Assembly (NCBI GenBank): GCA_033442325.1
Contig: JAWQFM010000016.1
Location: 691,221-755,220 of the forward strand
Reading direction: 5' to 3'
Origin: Salpingoeca rosetta
Lineage: Eukaryota > Protista > Choanoflagellata
Length of the DNA stretch: 64,000 nt
The notes beneath the pieces were generated by a model. That model worked only from the letters and a program-made list of their open reading frames with translations. It ran no database searches and had not been told where the DNA came from. This document shows, piece by piece, positions 52,934 to 64,000 of the stretch (positions are counted from its first letter, which is position 1; every line of letters begins with the position of its first letter). Both the position numbers and the translations under genes were made by a program.

Positions 52934-55900
52934 TGTGTGTGTGTGTGAGTGTGTGTGTGTGTTCGATCTAATACAAAGGAAATGTTTGCACACACAATGC
53001 ACGCGCAATCGCTCACAGCACAAATCAGCAAGAGCGCTTTGCATACCGAGCGACATGCTGGAGACGCCAATGTCCCAGCAGCGGATCGCCATGCCCGTGC
53101 CGAGTTTGAACATGTAGGGCACACCGTCGTCCCTGTTTGATTCACACGAAACAGCGGTGCATGACGGTAGCACGAGGGCATGGGACAGCGAGACGTTGGC
53201 AATGAGTATGATGCAAAGAAGGGGCACACAGGCAGGGGCGCACGCATGTTTATGCATACATACATACATACATACATACATACATACATACATACATACA
53301 TACATACATACATACATACACACATACATACATACATACATACATACATACATACATACATACATACATACATACATACATACATACGTACATACATGCA
53401 TACATACACACATACATACATACATACATACATACATACATACATACATACATACATACATACATACATACATACATACATACATACATACATACATACA
53501 TACATACATACATACATACATACATACATACATGCATACATACATACATACATACATACATGCATACATACATACATACATACATACGTACATACATACA
53601 TACATACATACATACGTACATACACTCGCACACACAACACAGCATGTATGGGAACACAACCCACATGGTGTTTTCGAAGACCGTGCCATTGGGCAGCGAT
53701 CCAATCATGTGGACGGTGATTGTGGAGCCTGGGGTGAGGAATTTGCCGGAACCAGGGTGGATGACGTGCTTGACAACCCCGCCATCCTGCGTCAAGGCCT
53801 CCTGTTGTTGCGCCCATCCACCAGAACAAAAGCATGCGAAATGCATGAGCGTGGCGACGAGAACAAACAACGCACGCACGTCTGATCATGATGCAAGGAA
53901 ATCTGGTGCGTTGCCCGCGGAACAAACAGAACCGTGATGCCATGTACGGACGCATGCGTGATGGAGATGCCAATTGCTCACGTGGCTCAAGTGGGACAGC
54001 TGGTCCACAAACTCCTGGAATACGCCCCGCTTTCTCGCTTTCTCTTCTCCCGTCTGCTGGCACAGAGCACGCAGGCGCAAGTGAGCGCCACAAAACTTCA
54101 AGAGCCATAATCGCCACACGCATACTTGGACACGAGCGTCCAATGAACTTGGTGTTGTACGCTTGCACACCCGTGGGTTTGTGTTTGGCTGACAACACGC
54201 ACCTGCGCTTTCAACTCCTTGACGTTTGCCTGGATTTGAGCCCAAGTCTTCTTCACCGCGGGCACATTCGCCTTGAGCCACTTGAGGATGCGAGAGCGCT
54301 TGATGGAGCCCGTGTACGCCTAAACATGAGGGAGAAGGAGGAAGGAAATGGTGAGGAAGAGGGGGGACGCAGCAAAAAGAACAGTTGGGAGGGGGCGGAT
54401 GTGAAGCGAAACAAAGTGTGGACATCTCGCGAGGACGCCATCGCTGTCGAGCCATACCGGACTGACAGAGCCCGCACGTGGAGGAAGAAGGCGACAACGC
54501 ACAACACGGCACGATAGTTCTCCCTCCCCGTCTCCCCTGCCTCCTTCCCTTCCCGCGCACCTTTGGTCGGGCAGTGTGGTCCATGGTGTGGGTCCAGAGA
54601 AACCCCTTGAGGTTGGCAGCGTTGAAGCGCTGGCCGTGACCCGGCGGGGGCGCATTCCCGCCAATGTTGTACACACCGATGATCGCGCCACTCGCCGACA
54701 GCACGTGTGCAGTCTGAAGTTGTGCGAGCGAGTGTGTGAGTGAGCGAGTGTGAGCGTGAGTGAGTGAGTGAGCGAGAGAGTGTGCGCGTGCGAGTGTGCG
54801 TGCGAGTGTGCGTTAGCGCGTGTGTGCGAGTGTGCGTGAGAGAGTGAGTGAGTGTGCGTGAGAGAGAGTGTGTGAGTGAGTGAGTGAGTGTGAGCGAGTG
54901 AGTGTGAGTGAGTGTGTGTGTGTGTGTGAGTGAGTGAGTGTGGGGTCATGCGTGCACGTCCTGCACTCAACGCCCCTCCACCAAAGTCAACAGCTCACCT
55001 CTTGCAGTATAGCACGCGCCCTCTGCCAAGACGGGTGAAGTTCGTGGCAGAAGAACAGCAGCACGTCTCGATCTCCATCCACAAACGGTTCAAATGTACG
55101 CAGAGACACCTGAACTCAACAGAATGTGCGTGTGTTGACGTGTGAACGTGTGTACGTGTGTATGCATGTGTATGTGTGCATACGTGTTTGTGTGTGTGTG
55201 TGTGTGTGGTGACAAGCTGGGGGCGTATTGGGTCGGTACAACAACAGCATGTGTACTTCAGCGCAGGAAGGTGTTCTGACCCACCCCACACAGCCCAAAC
55301 CTTTGCCAAGTGTCCTGGTTCAAACGACGTGTCGCCTGCCTCTGTCTTGGGCGCTGCCGTCAGTTCGCCCGCAAGAAACCGCGACACGAAGCCGGCAACC
55401 TGCGAAGGAGTGGTTGGCGATAGCGGGCCAGGATGGTGATGGCGGGTGGTGGTTGTGGCGTCGACGCAGACGCAGCTAGAAGCACACAAGCACGCAAGTG
55501 CACAAGCGTGCACGAGTTCATACGTCATGAGAGAACACACCTCTGCTTGTGTCAAACTCTTCGTGATAAGGGGATAGCGAGCGCTTTGTGGGAAGGCGTT
55601 CTCTGCAATGCCAAACGCGGGCAGGGAACTTTCATGGATGCCTGCAGAGGCACAAAACAAACAAAACACACACACGTGTACACACACATACAGACACACA
55701 CACACACGCGCGCGCGGAGATGTACATACGCATGCACATGTACATACACACACAGATGTGCATGGAATATCCGGAATGAGTGAGTTGCGCACTGGTTCAC
55801 CATCAAGAATGAAAGCATTTGGTGAGAAAGGTGCATGAGCATGAAACAAACCATAGTCGTCGCGAATTTCTGGAAACTCTGATGTGACATATGTACAGGT

Positions 55901-56615
55901 GATTGCATCACGGTAGCTTGCAGCCACGCTTTGCAAGAGAGCGCGTGCCTGCTGCTTTGCTTGTGCGTCCTATTGCAACATAAAACGCACGTAAAGAGGA
56001 AAAGGCGATGAGCCAGCGTGTGTGCGTGCATGCATGCATGCACGTGTGTGTGTGTGTGCGTGTTTGTGTGTCGACGTGAGTTGTGAACCAAACCCGGAGA
56101 ACAGGTCGAACAAGCCTGTCTGCATGTGCTACTTTGAATCTGTCACCCCAGCACTATAACAACTGATAATCGCCACCACCCTCACCACAACAACGACCAC
56201 AGCAACGGCCACAGCAACGAACACCATGCCTTGAGTCATCATCACACGTCATCATAGTCTTCACCACCAGCACCAGCACCAGCACCAGCGTTGGTTCTAC
56301 CTGCACAAAGAGGTGGGCAACAGGAAGACCAGAGCGCTCGAGTGTTTCGCGCGACGTCCACGTGAACTTGACGACAGGCGGCAGCCTGATGACACGCAGT
56401 GCAAGGCAGAGAGCAGAGAGGGGAGGTCAACAGGGCGGGGAGAGTGTAACATCGGACATCAACACACAGAGATTCGTGGTGGTGGTGGTGGTGGAAAGCT
56501 GTTGTTGGCTGTTTCTGTTGATGTGAAAGCGAGGATGGGGAAGCAGACAACTAAGTCGGACAGGTCAGTTTGGGGGTGAAGGGCAACTAGACGGAACCCC
56601 AAGCTCAGACATGGC

Positions 56616-56705
<90 letters not shown>

Positions 56706-56921
56706 GCAGGTGGCACGTTCTGACGTTCTGATGAGGGCCCAGTGCGTGAGGTTGGTGGAGAGAATGGCGTCACCGGAGAGCGACTCATAGTCGCCATCTT
56801 CGCTGCGAAACACAACAACCGCGGGCGGCTGGACGGGCGCAGAGGAGTCAGCACGTGGCGGGGTCGCGCAGTCGTGCGTGTGTGAGTGTGGATGCAAGAT
56901 TCCACACAAACTGGGGATGTG

Positions 56922-56957
<36 letters not shown>

Positions 56958-57543
56958 CCGCACCTGAATGTCATGGAAAACGCTGGTGGCAAGACCCAGG
57001 ATGAAGAGTTCGCGTGTGGCGTTGGCTGCACCCCATTGCGTGAAGGCGCTCTTGTGTGCAGTATCAGCACTGCCAAACACGCCCACAACTGCAACAGTCT
57101 TTCGGCGCTCTGCATGTTGGGGCAGCGTGAGTGATGGCGGGAAAGTGAGGTTATGTGGTACAAAGACAGCAAGTGTACACGGTTATGCGCTTCTGCACAC
57201 GCAGTCACAATCAGACAGGCAGCAGGGAGAATGGATTCGCAGGTAGACAGACACGGACGAACACGCAGGCAGACGGACGAACACACGCACACATGCACGC
57301 ACACACGCACCTTGCCACGGCGCGGGAACGGACGATTTGTGCTCGATGAGCGAATCAAAGACCTGCGCGGGGGATGAGAAGTCCTTGAAAGGAGCAGATG
57401 TGTACAGCGACACGCGCTCGTACAGCACATCCTCCTCATCATCAAACGAGATGGCCCGCGGCTGTGGCGAAGCCAGCGGTTGCACATGTGTGTGTGTGTG
57501 TGTGTTGTTGTTGTTGTTTAAGTTGTTGTTGTTGTTGTTTAAG

Positions 57544-57607
<64 letters not shown>

Positions 57608-57612
57608 CGTCG

Positions 57613-57665
<53 letters not shown>

Positions 57666-58707
57666 CGTCGATTGGTGGAAAGGAGGGTGAGCATGTTCAG
57701 CGCAACGGTGTTCAAAGGATGTGCAAAGTAGATTCGCACACATCACATCACACACATCACATCACATCACATCACATCACATCACATCACATCACATCAC
57801 ATCACACACACACACATATCAAATCACACACACACACACATAACATTCGCGCACATCACACACGCGCACAAAACATGCCAAAAACTGTACCTGCGACGTG
57901 TCGCGGCTGTAGATGTGCAGCACACATTGGCCGTCACACGTCTTGTTGAGGCTGTGGCGCAATGCCCGGTTGTCCACAAGGTCAACATGGGCGAACACCA
58001 CGTCATCCCGCTGCTCATGGAAGCGCCGAGCAACCCTAACAAATGCCCTTCTCGCTGGATTGCACGCACGACACCAACCAAGATCGGCGTCCACCACAAC
58101 AAAGCTCGGGTTCGCTTGCAGCACCGAGGTGGACAGCGGCGTGACGCGGGTGTCCGCATACAGTACACCTGCGTCTTCCCCGCTCTCTGTCTCGTCAATG
58201 AGGCTGTCATCAAAGCTCTCCCAGTCCACAACGATGCGCCTGCAACATACAGTCACGGGGCACGAGCGCAGTTGTCCACGAGTGAAAACGCACGTATACG
58301 AGTGTGAGCACGTGCATGTAAGTGTACAAGCATGCATGCGAGCGCAAAAGCAGCTATACGAAGGTACGAGCGCGCTTTCTCGAGTTGGAACATGTACAAA
58401 GTGTTGCACACACCCACAATGCACGCCAGTGAAACTTGAGCATGCAAAAAAAAAGGGGGGGGGGCTCCATACACCCATTGCTGACCTTACCCTGAGAATG
58501 CCGTTGGGTTCTCTTCGAGGCGGTCAAAGGCGTGAGGTATCTCTTTGGTCAGGCTGCAGGACAATTTCGTGGCTGAGACCGGGTGGCACTCGGACTTTTC
58601 AGCCACAATGTCCTCGCGCAGCTCCAGCGTTATTCCAGCTTCCTGCACACATCGTGTGTAGCGTCGATGAACAGCGTACGGAAAGAAGGCGGAGATACGC
58701 AGTGTGG

Positions 58708-58739
<32 letters not shown>

Positions 58740-59175
58740 TGTACATGCACACACACATGCACACGTATACATACACAAACGCACATGCACAAACACACAC
58801 AAGTATGCACACGAGCATGCACATGCACATGCACACACGCATGCACACGTATACATACACAAACGCACGCACACACACATGCACATACACACGCACACAC
58901 ACGCACACACACATGCACATGCACAAACAAACACAAACAACAACACAAACAACAACACAAACACAAGGACGCACCTCAAGATCGGAACACGTGAGGAGCA
59001 AGGTTGCACGCTCAAAGACAGCCGTGGGAGCGGTAGGGCAGCTGTGAGTGATGTGAAGCTTCAAGGCCTGAGCCGTCTGCGACCACTTGATTAGCGGAGG
59101 GTCTGCTTTCGCTGTGGCTGCACCAGCTGTGACAGCCAACACAGCCACCACAACCACAACCACCAGCACTGCCAT
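52725..59175 (-). CDS. ER-lumen fusion protein: signal peptide + CS/p23 domain + PDI-like a-b-b'-a' thioredoxin domains + FKBP PPIase + REEL
   Basis: 17 exons join in one frame with GT-AG sites: 59175-58975, 58642-58491, 58239-57891, 57461-57311, 57109-56964, then ~56829-56725, 56385-56301, 55969-55852, 55641-55541, 55399-55301, 55109-54999, 54713-54561, 54319-54203, 54052-53981, 53801-53665, 53132-53047, 52864-52725. CS: [24 protein letters not shown]. Trx: LGWCRAC. FKBP: [58 protein letters not shown]. Ends QREEL*. Confidence 0.88.
53255..53623. repeat. (CATA)n microsatellite in an FKBP-domain intron
   Basis: ~370 bp, directly visible. Confidence 0.95.
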
Positions 59176-59316
59176 CAGGTCAGCGGTGTCGCAGGACCAC
59201 TACCAAATCCTTTTAACAGGACAATCCACTAAAATTAGGCACAGAGGTGAGTTGTGAAGATTTGTGGGCATTTTCCAACAAGATTCAACACCTTCTTGAA
59301 AACGTGCACACCGAAG
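59176..59316. promoter_or_regulatory. Putative bidirectional promoter CS-PDI-FKBP / mL50
   Basis: Only 141 bp between divergent ATGs, AT-rich core. Confidence 0.65.
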
Positions 59317-60680
59317 ATGGCAGCGAGGCGGCTGGCGACGGTGGTGGCACAAGGGTTGGTGTCGCGTGCAAGCCATGCAAGCAGAACAGGGTCAATGGCG
59401 GCGGCAACAGCAGCAACAGGCATGCCTGCGCTTGCTCCTACTACTACCCAAATCTTGGCGCAACACAGCATGAGCATTTGGTCCAAGATCTTGAAACCAA
59501 GCCAGGAGGAAGAGAAGAAGGAGAAGACACAGGATGCGGTGGCTGAGCCCCAAGACGTGCAACCTGCCGGAGAAGCCTTCAAGTGCGTGAAGTGCCGTGG
59601 TCTGTTGGTGACTGCAGGTGTATGATGGCGCTCGTGTGTTGGTGTTGCCATGCTGTTGACAACAGGCTTGTGCATGCCTTGGTTCCTCATCCGTGAACAC
59701 TTTCCTGCCCCACACGCGCAAGTATGCAAGTGTGTGCACGCTTGCCTTAGCTCACGCGCTCTTGATGTGCTCTGTTGAACAGGGGTGTGGAAACAAAGGC
59801 GGTGCCCGAGTCTGTGGATGTGTTTGTAAAGGAGCGACTAGCATCCCTGAGGTCAAGTGCTGGCTCTTCAATCAGCGACAAGACAAGGCTGTCATCGCTG
59901 CGCGAAAAGTACTTGGTACGTGTTGTGGGGTGCACGGCAGTCATGACATGTGCAAGTGACGTGGACTGCTCATCTTTTGCTGTTGCATTTCTGGGCCACC
60001 TGAGTCATTACGTGTGTGCGTTTGCTGACACCTTTACTTCCTGCATGCATTGTCTGCCTGTGCTGTGTGCAACGCCCCCACAGCTGCTTGCAGAGTGCGA
60101 GGAAGCATTCAACCAGCATGTGGACATGAACATGGTGTCCAAGCTTGACACAGTTCAGGTGAGTTGAGTTGACCCCTGAGGGGTCTTTGCTTAGCGTGCT
60201 GTTTATGCGACAAGCGCAAGGGCGACTGGGAGAGAGAGAGTGTGTGTGTGTGTGCGTGCGTGTGTGTGTGCGTGTGTGGCTGCATGTTGCTTGCTCGCTT
60301 GATCAATCGCTCCAGCATCCCTCAGTAGCTCGGCTGTGGCATCAGCCGCTAACGCTTTGGTCTCGCTTCTCTCTCTCACTCTCTCACACACACACACACT
60401 CTCTCTCTCACACACACACACTCACGTCACACACACACACACACACTCTCTCTCTCACGCGCACACACACACTCACGTCTCTCTCCACAATCGTGATTCT
60501 GGCTCCATTCACCTGATCATGGTCGCCGCACCCCCTTTCTTTCCTTTGCAGCACGTTGTCAAGTACTTTGAGAAGAAGCTGAACGCGGAGCCGCGGGAGT
60601 TTGGATGGCGCCTCCGCAGAGCCGAGCCGCTGCCACAAAACGTCGTCGTCTCAGACCCAGACATTGCCCACACACAGTGA
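59317..60680 (+). CDS. MRPL50: Mitochondrial large ribosomal subunit protein mL50-like
   Basis: Exons 59317-59582, 59783-59915, 60084-60158 and 60552-60680 join in phase. N-terminus is Arg/Ala-rich and acid-free (MAARRLATVVAQGLVSRAS). C-domain LSSLREKYL|LLAECEEAFNQHV..LDTVQ|HVVKYF..LPQNV matches the remembered mL50 pattern. Confidence 0.7.
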
Positions 60681-60706
60681 CTCTGGCAAAGTGTGGACAT
60701 GTGTGT

Positions 60707-60745
<39 letters not shown>

Positions 60746-61078
60746 ACAACGGAGGAAGACATTTTCAATACTGCATCTGGAACAGTGACTGATTGGTTGG
60801 CTTACATTACACGGTCCGCAATCGTATCACGTTATGGCCGCTGAGTGCGACTGTTGGTTAATTTACTGGCGTGCAGGTGCTCGAGAGAAACTAAACCACG
60901 TGTGCGGCACAGGTGTAAACATGTGTGAATTCGTATCTGGTTTGGTGGATTGATGCAAGACATCATCTTACGCGGGTGAAAAAAAAAAAAAGCAGTCCAA
61001 GACAGCACAGCACGTCTTCGAAGCGTTCTACACAATACACACGCATGCACGGGGCAAATAGCGCGCGTCCACGATAGA

Positions 61079-62719
61079 TTACAGCATGGACATGGGCTGC
61101 TGCTGTTGTTGCTGCTGTTGTTGCTGCTGTTGCTGTTGTGCCGTGGCTGTTGCGACGTGGTGGCGCATGAGCTGGTGTGCAATGGCCCCGCTCGGTGGGG
61201 TGCGCAGGCCGTCTTGGCCGCCGCTGTTCTCCAGCATCGCCTGCACCTCCGCCAGCGTGAACCATCGCGCGTCCTCAAGCTCGTTCGGGTCGACGGTGAT
61301 GTCCGTGGTGGTCGCCTGCGCCACAAACCCGAGCATGAGCGAGTACGGGAACGGCCACGGCTGCGACGAGTGGTACGTGCACGCGCCCACGCGCACGCCG
61401 GCCTCCTCCTGCACCTCCCGCCGCACCGCCTCCTCCGCAGACTCGCCGTGCTCCATAAATCCGGCCAGCGCAGACCACATGCCAGGCGGGTAGCGCGACT
61501 GGCGGGCCAGCAGCGCGCTGTTGGTGGCGGGGTCGACAACAACCATGATGACGACGGGGTCCGTGCGCGGGAACCACCGGCCCGTGCACTCTGGTGCGGC
61601 CTCGCACGCAAGCTCACTGCCGCCTTTTCGCGCCACAACGCGCTTGCCACACAGCCCGCAGAACCGGTGTCGCTGTAGAAACTCAAGCAACGCCCTGTCG
61701 TTGTTTCGTGGCAAAGTAATGGGGGGAGGGAGGGACAGAGTGGGGGCAGGTGAGTGATGTGGTCTAGTTTGAAGTTGCATTCGTAAGTGGGCAGGCAACA
61801 GATGCGGTACGCTGCTACGTCTGTAACACACACGTACGCACACTGCATACTGCACACACAAGTACATACATACGCACACTGCACACACATACACACACAC
61901 GCACAGAGTCGTACTTTGCATGGGCAGTGATGGCTGCCTCTGTGCGTGTTGCCGTGCTCAGAGCATAGGTGCGAACATTCAGCGGAGCTGCCGCCTCGCC
62001 TGGCGACGATGAAGAAACCAGGTCAAAATGATCACAGAGCGTGAGAGGGACGACAGCACATGCCAATCTGTAATTCCAATCAGGCTGTTCTGTATCGCTA
62101 GCAGCAGTAAAAACAACAGTTGCCACGCTCACCGAACGAGTGCTCCGCCAAAGTTTGCGGTGTAGTCGGAAATGCCCACAAAAAGTCACCCACCTCCACG
62201 TTGTCTGCATCAGCACAAGATGCACGACCGAGAGAGTGGGTGGGTGGATGTGTGTGTGTGAGTGTGTGTGAGTGTGTGTGTGTGTGTGTGTGTGTATTTG
62301 CATGAGACTGGCAGAGCGGCTGCATGTGCGCTGATGTGTGGAAGCGCAGACAGTTTAGCGTTGTGGCTGAAGCAAGGTACAAGTCGCTTGTTCTCCTCCT
62401 CACCAAGTTCAGTGGCATCCGTGACCTTGCCAAGAAGCACACAGCCCTTGTGACTGAAGTGCTTGTCGTCGCTGCTGCTGGCGGAGTTGTCCAGCAGGGC
62501 GGCAATGGCTGGGTGTTGGCGTGACAACCAGACAAGCTTTGGCACTGCTGCCGAGCTTGTGGAATTCACCACCACTTCCAGGTTCACAAAGGGAAGGAAG
62601 CGTGCACGCGCCGAGGTCAACGCCTGCTCCAAGAACGCTGCATCTCCACGCTCGTTGTTGCACCTGTCCACAGCCAGCGATGCGCCACTGAACACGTTGT
62701 GCACCGCACGGTCCGTCAT
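61079..62719 (-). CDS. NUDT12: NADH pyrophosphatase / NAD-cap decapping Nudix hydrolase (NudC, NUDT12/13 family)
   Basis: Exons ~62719-62405, 62204-62134, 61998-61915, 61694-61079. Zinc ribbon RFCGLCG..C....C, WFPRTDPVVI, Nudix box AGFMEHGESAEEAVRREVQEEAG, NudC signature SQPWPFPYSLM, IAHQL. C-terminal SML. Confidence 0.92.
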
Positions 62720-63174
62720 GGTTGTTGTTGTCGTTGTTGCGCACAACTTGCCGCCGTACTTGTGCTGTCGTGTACTTTGGCGGGAAAACTTTTGAAATGC
62801 GGATGTTCAGTGTGATGATGACATGAGATTTGTTTGTCTGTTTGTGTTTGTGTTTGCCCCTGCCCTCGCTCACCATGTGCGTGTGCGCGCGCGCGTGTGT
62901 GTTTGTGCGTTGGCACATCATGTCATGTCACTCACCCGGTCTTCTCTCTTCCCCTCTCCCTGTATGTTTCGGTTCTGTTGCATCCACTGCCTTTGCATTG
63001 ACCTATTGACTACGACCACCACTGCGACGACGGTTGTTCTTGGTTGTGTTGCTGCGCGTTGCTGGTGCGATCAGGTTCACTGCCACCACACACGGCGTCT
63101 GTGACGCAGGCGTGTACCGCCAGCACGACGCGCTTTTGCTTGTTGTTCTTTGCTTCCATTGCTGATTGAGCAGC
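62720..63174. promoter_or_regulatory. Putative bidirectional promoter NUDT12 / coiled-coil gene
   Basis: 455 bp between divergent ATGs. Contains TTTGGCGGGAAA (62776-62787) and TTTGAA (62791-62796). Confidence 0.5.
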
Positions 63175-64000
63175 ATGGCCACGGTTGCGAGGTCAGAAGA
63201 AGGCGTGCCGGCAGCAGCGACGCCACCTCGCACACCAGGGCGACCAACTTCAGCTTGGCCAGCCTTGAAGCACCGCATCACCAAAGTGAGCTTCGCAACA
63301 ATCCCGCGCAATGTGTGTGTGTGTGTGCGTGTGTGTGCGTGCGTGTGTGTGTGTCTGTGGGTATCCGTCTGTGTTTGTCCGGCTGTGTCTGTTTGTCTGT
63401 GTTTGTCTGTGTGTCTGTGGGTATCCATCTGTGTTTATCCGTCTGTCTGTTTGTCTCTGTTTGTGTGTGTGTCTGTGTATTTGTGTGTGTGTCTGTTGTT
63501 TTGTATGCTCCTCTGTGTGCTCCTCTGTGTGCTCCTCTGTGTGTCTGTGTATTTGTGTGTGTGTCTGTTGTTTTGTATGCTCCTCTGTGTGTCCCTCTGT
63601 GTGTTCTGAACTCTTTGCCGCGTGCGTGTGCGTGATGAACCGATGCTGCAACCATTGGTGCTCAAACCTTTTGCTCCACAGCTTGCCCAACAGGCCTCGA
63701 ACACCAACTGTGCGCTTGAATCACAGCGTCGGCGCCTCTTCGATACCCACCAAGACCTGCGCCAACAGCAAGAAGCAAACACAGTACGCTTGCCACTGTG
63801 TACGTGTGCGCATGTGTGGTTGAGACAATGGCATACGGTCATGCGGTGCTGCACACATGAGTGGAGTGTACTCGTGTACTCTGATCATCGTGCACAGGAG
63901 TTGATCGCAAGAGAATGCGAAACAAATCTAGCACGTGGCTGTGCTCTGAGATTCCACAATTGCACTCACCACTTGCGGCTGGACTCTGCCATGGACCTCG
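63175..64000 (+). CDS. Hypothetical coiled-coil protein, 3' end outside window
   Basis: MATVARSEEG..KHRITK (63175-63285)|LAQQASNTNCALESQRRRLFDTHQDLRQQQEANT (63682-63783)|ELIARECETNL.. (from 63898). Phase-0 GT-AG junctions, no stop, (GT)-rich intron polarity consistent with + strand. Confidence 0.55.

Noticed and set aside
46694-62719. Functional link between the M49-like gene and the Nudix gene (cf. plant Nudix-DPP III fusions)
   Set aside because: They are 9 kb apart on opposite strands with two genes between, and the Nudix is NudC type.
63003-63790. Minus-strand gene or extra NUDT12 5' exons
   Set aside because: The plus-strand model has cleaner phase-0 junctions and matching intron polarity; the minus frames are ambiguous.

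Overview
Eukaryotic, intron-rich, gene-dense DNA in which almost every intron carries (GT)n/(CA)n/(GTT)n microsatellites and exons carry poly-Q/H/D tracts. The style and gene set suggest a choanoflagellate such as Salpingoeca rosetta (inference, not database-checked). Most of the supplied six-frame ORFs are microsatellite artefacts, so I reconstructed genes by hand from GT-AG junctions and codon phase. Thirteen genes: EDEM3-like GH47+PA mannosidase (+, 5' truncated), CLC-7 antiporter (-), TMTC-type O-mannosyltransferase (+), intronless type II GT-A glycosyltransferase (-), ABCB9/TAPL-like half transporter (-), a FAAP100-like hypothetical (+), UBXN1 (-), FUBP/KHSRP-like 3-KH protein (+), a CiaB/peptidase-M49-like zinc metalloprotein (+), a signal peptide-CS(p23)-PDI(a-b-b'-a')-FKBP-REEL fusion (-), mitoribosomal mL50 (+), NudC/NUDT12-like Nudix hydrolase (-) and a 3'-truncated coiled-coil gene (+). 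Ten of the 13 sit in five head-to-head pairs. Best leads: the single-chain ER folding fusion, the CiaB-like protein whose HExxH motif forms only after splicing, and a ~113-nt three-way-junction RNA candidate next to a degenerate tandem duplication in the only sizeable gene-free interval. One assembly gap lies at 6684-7288. Family calls rest on remembered motifs; no searches were run.
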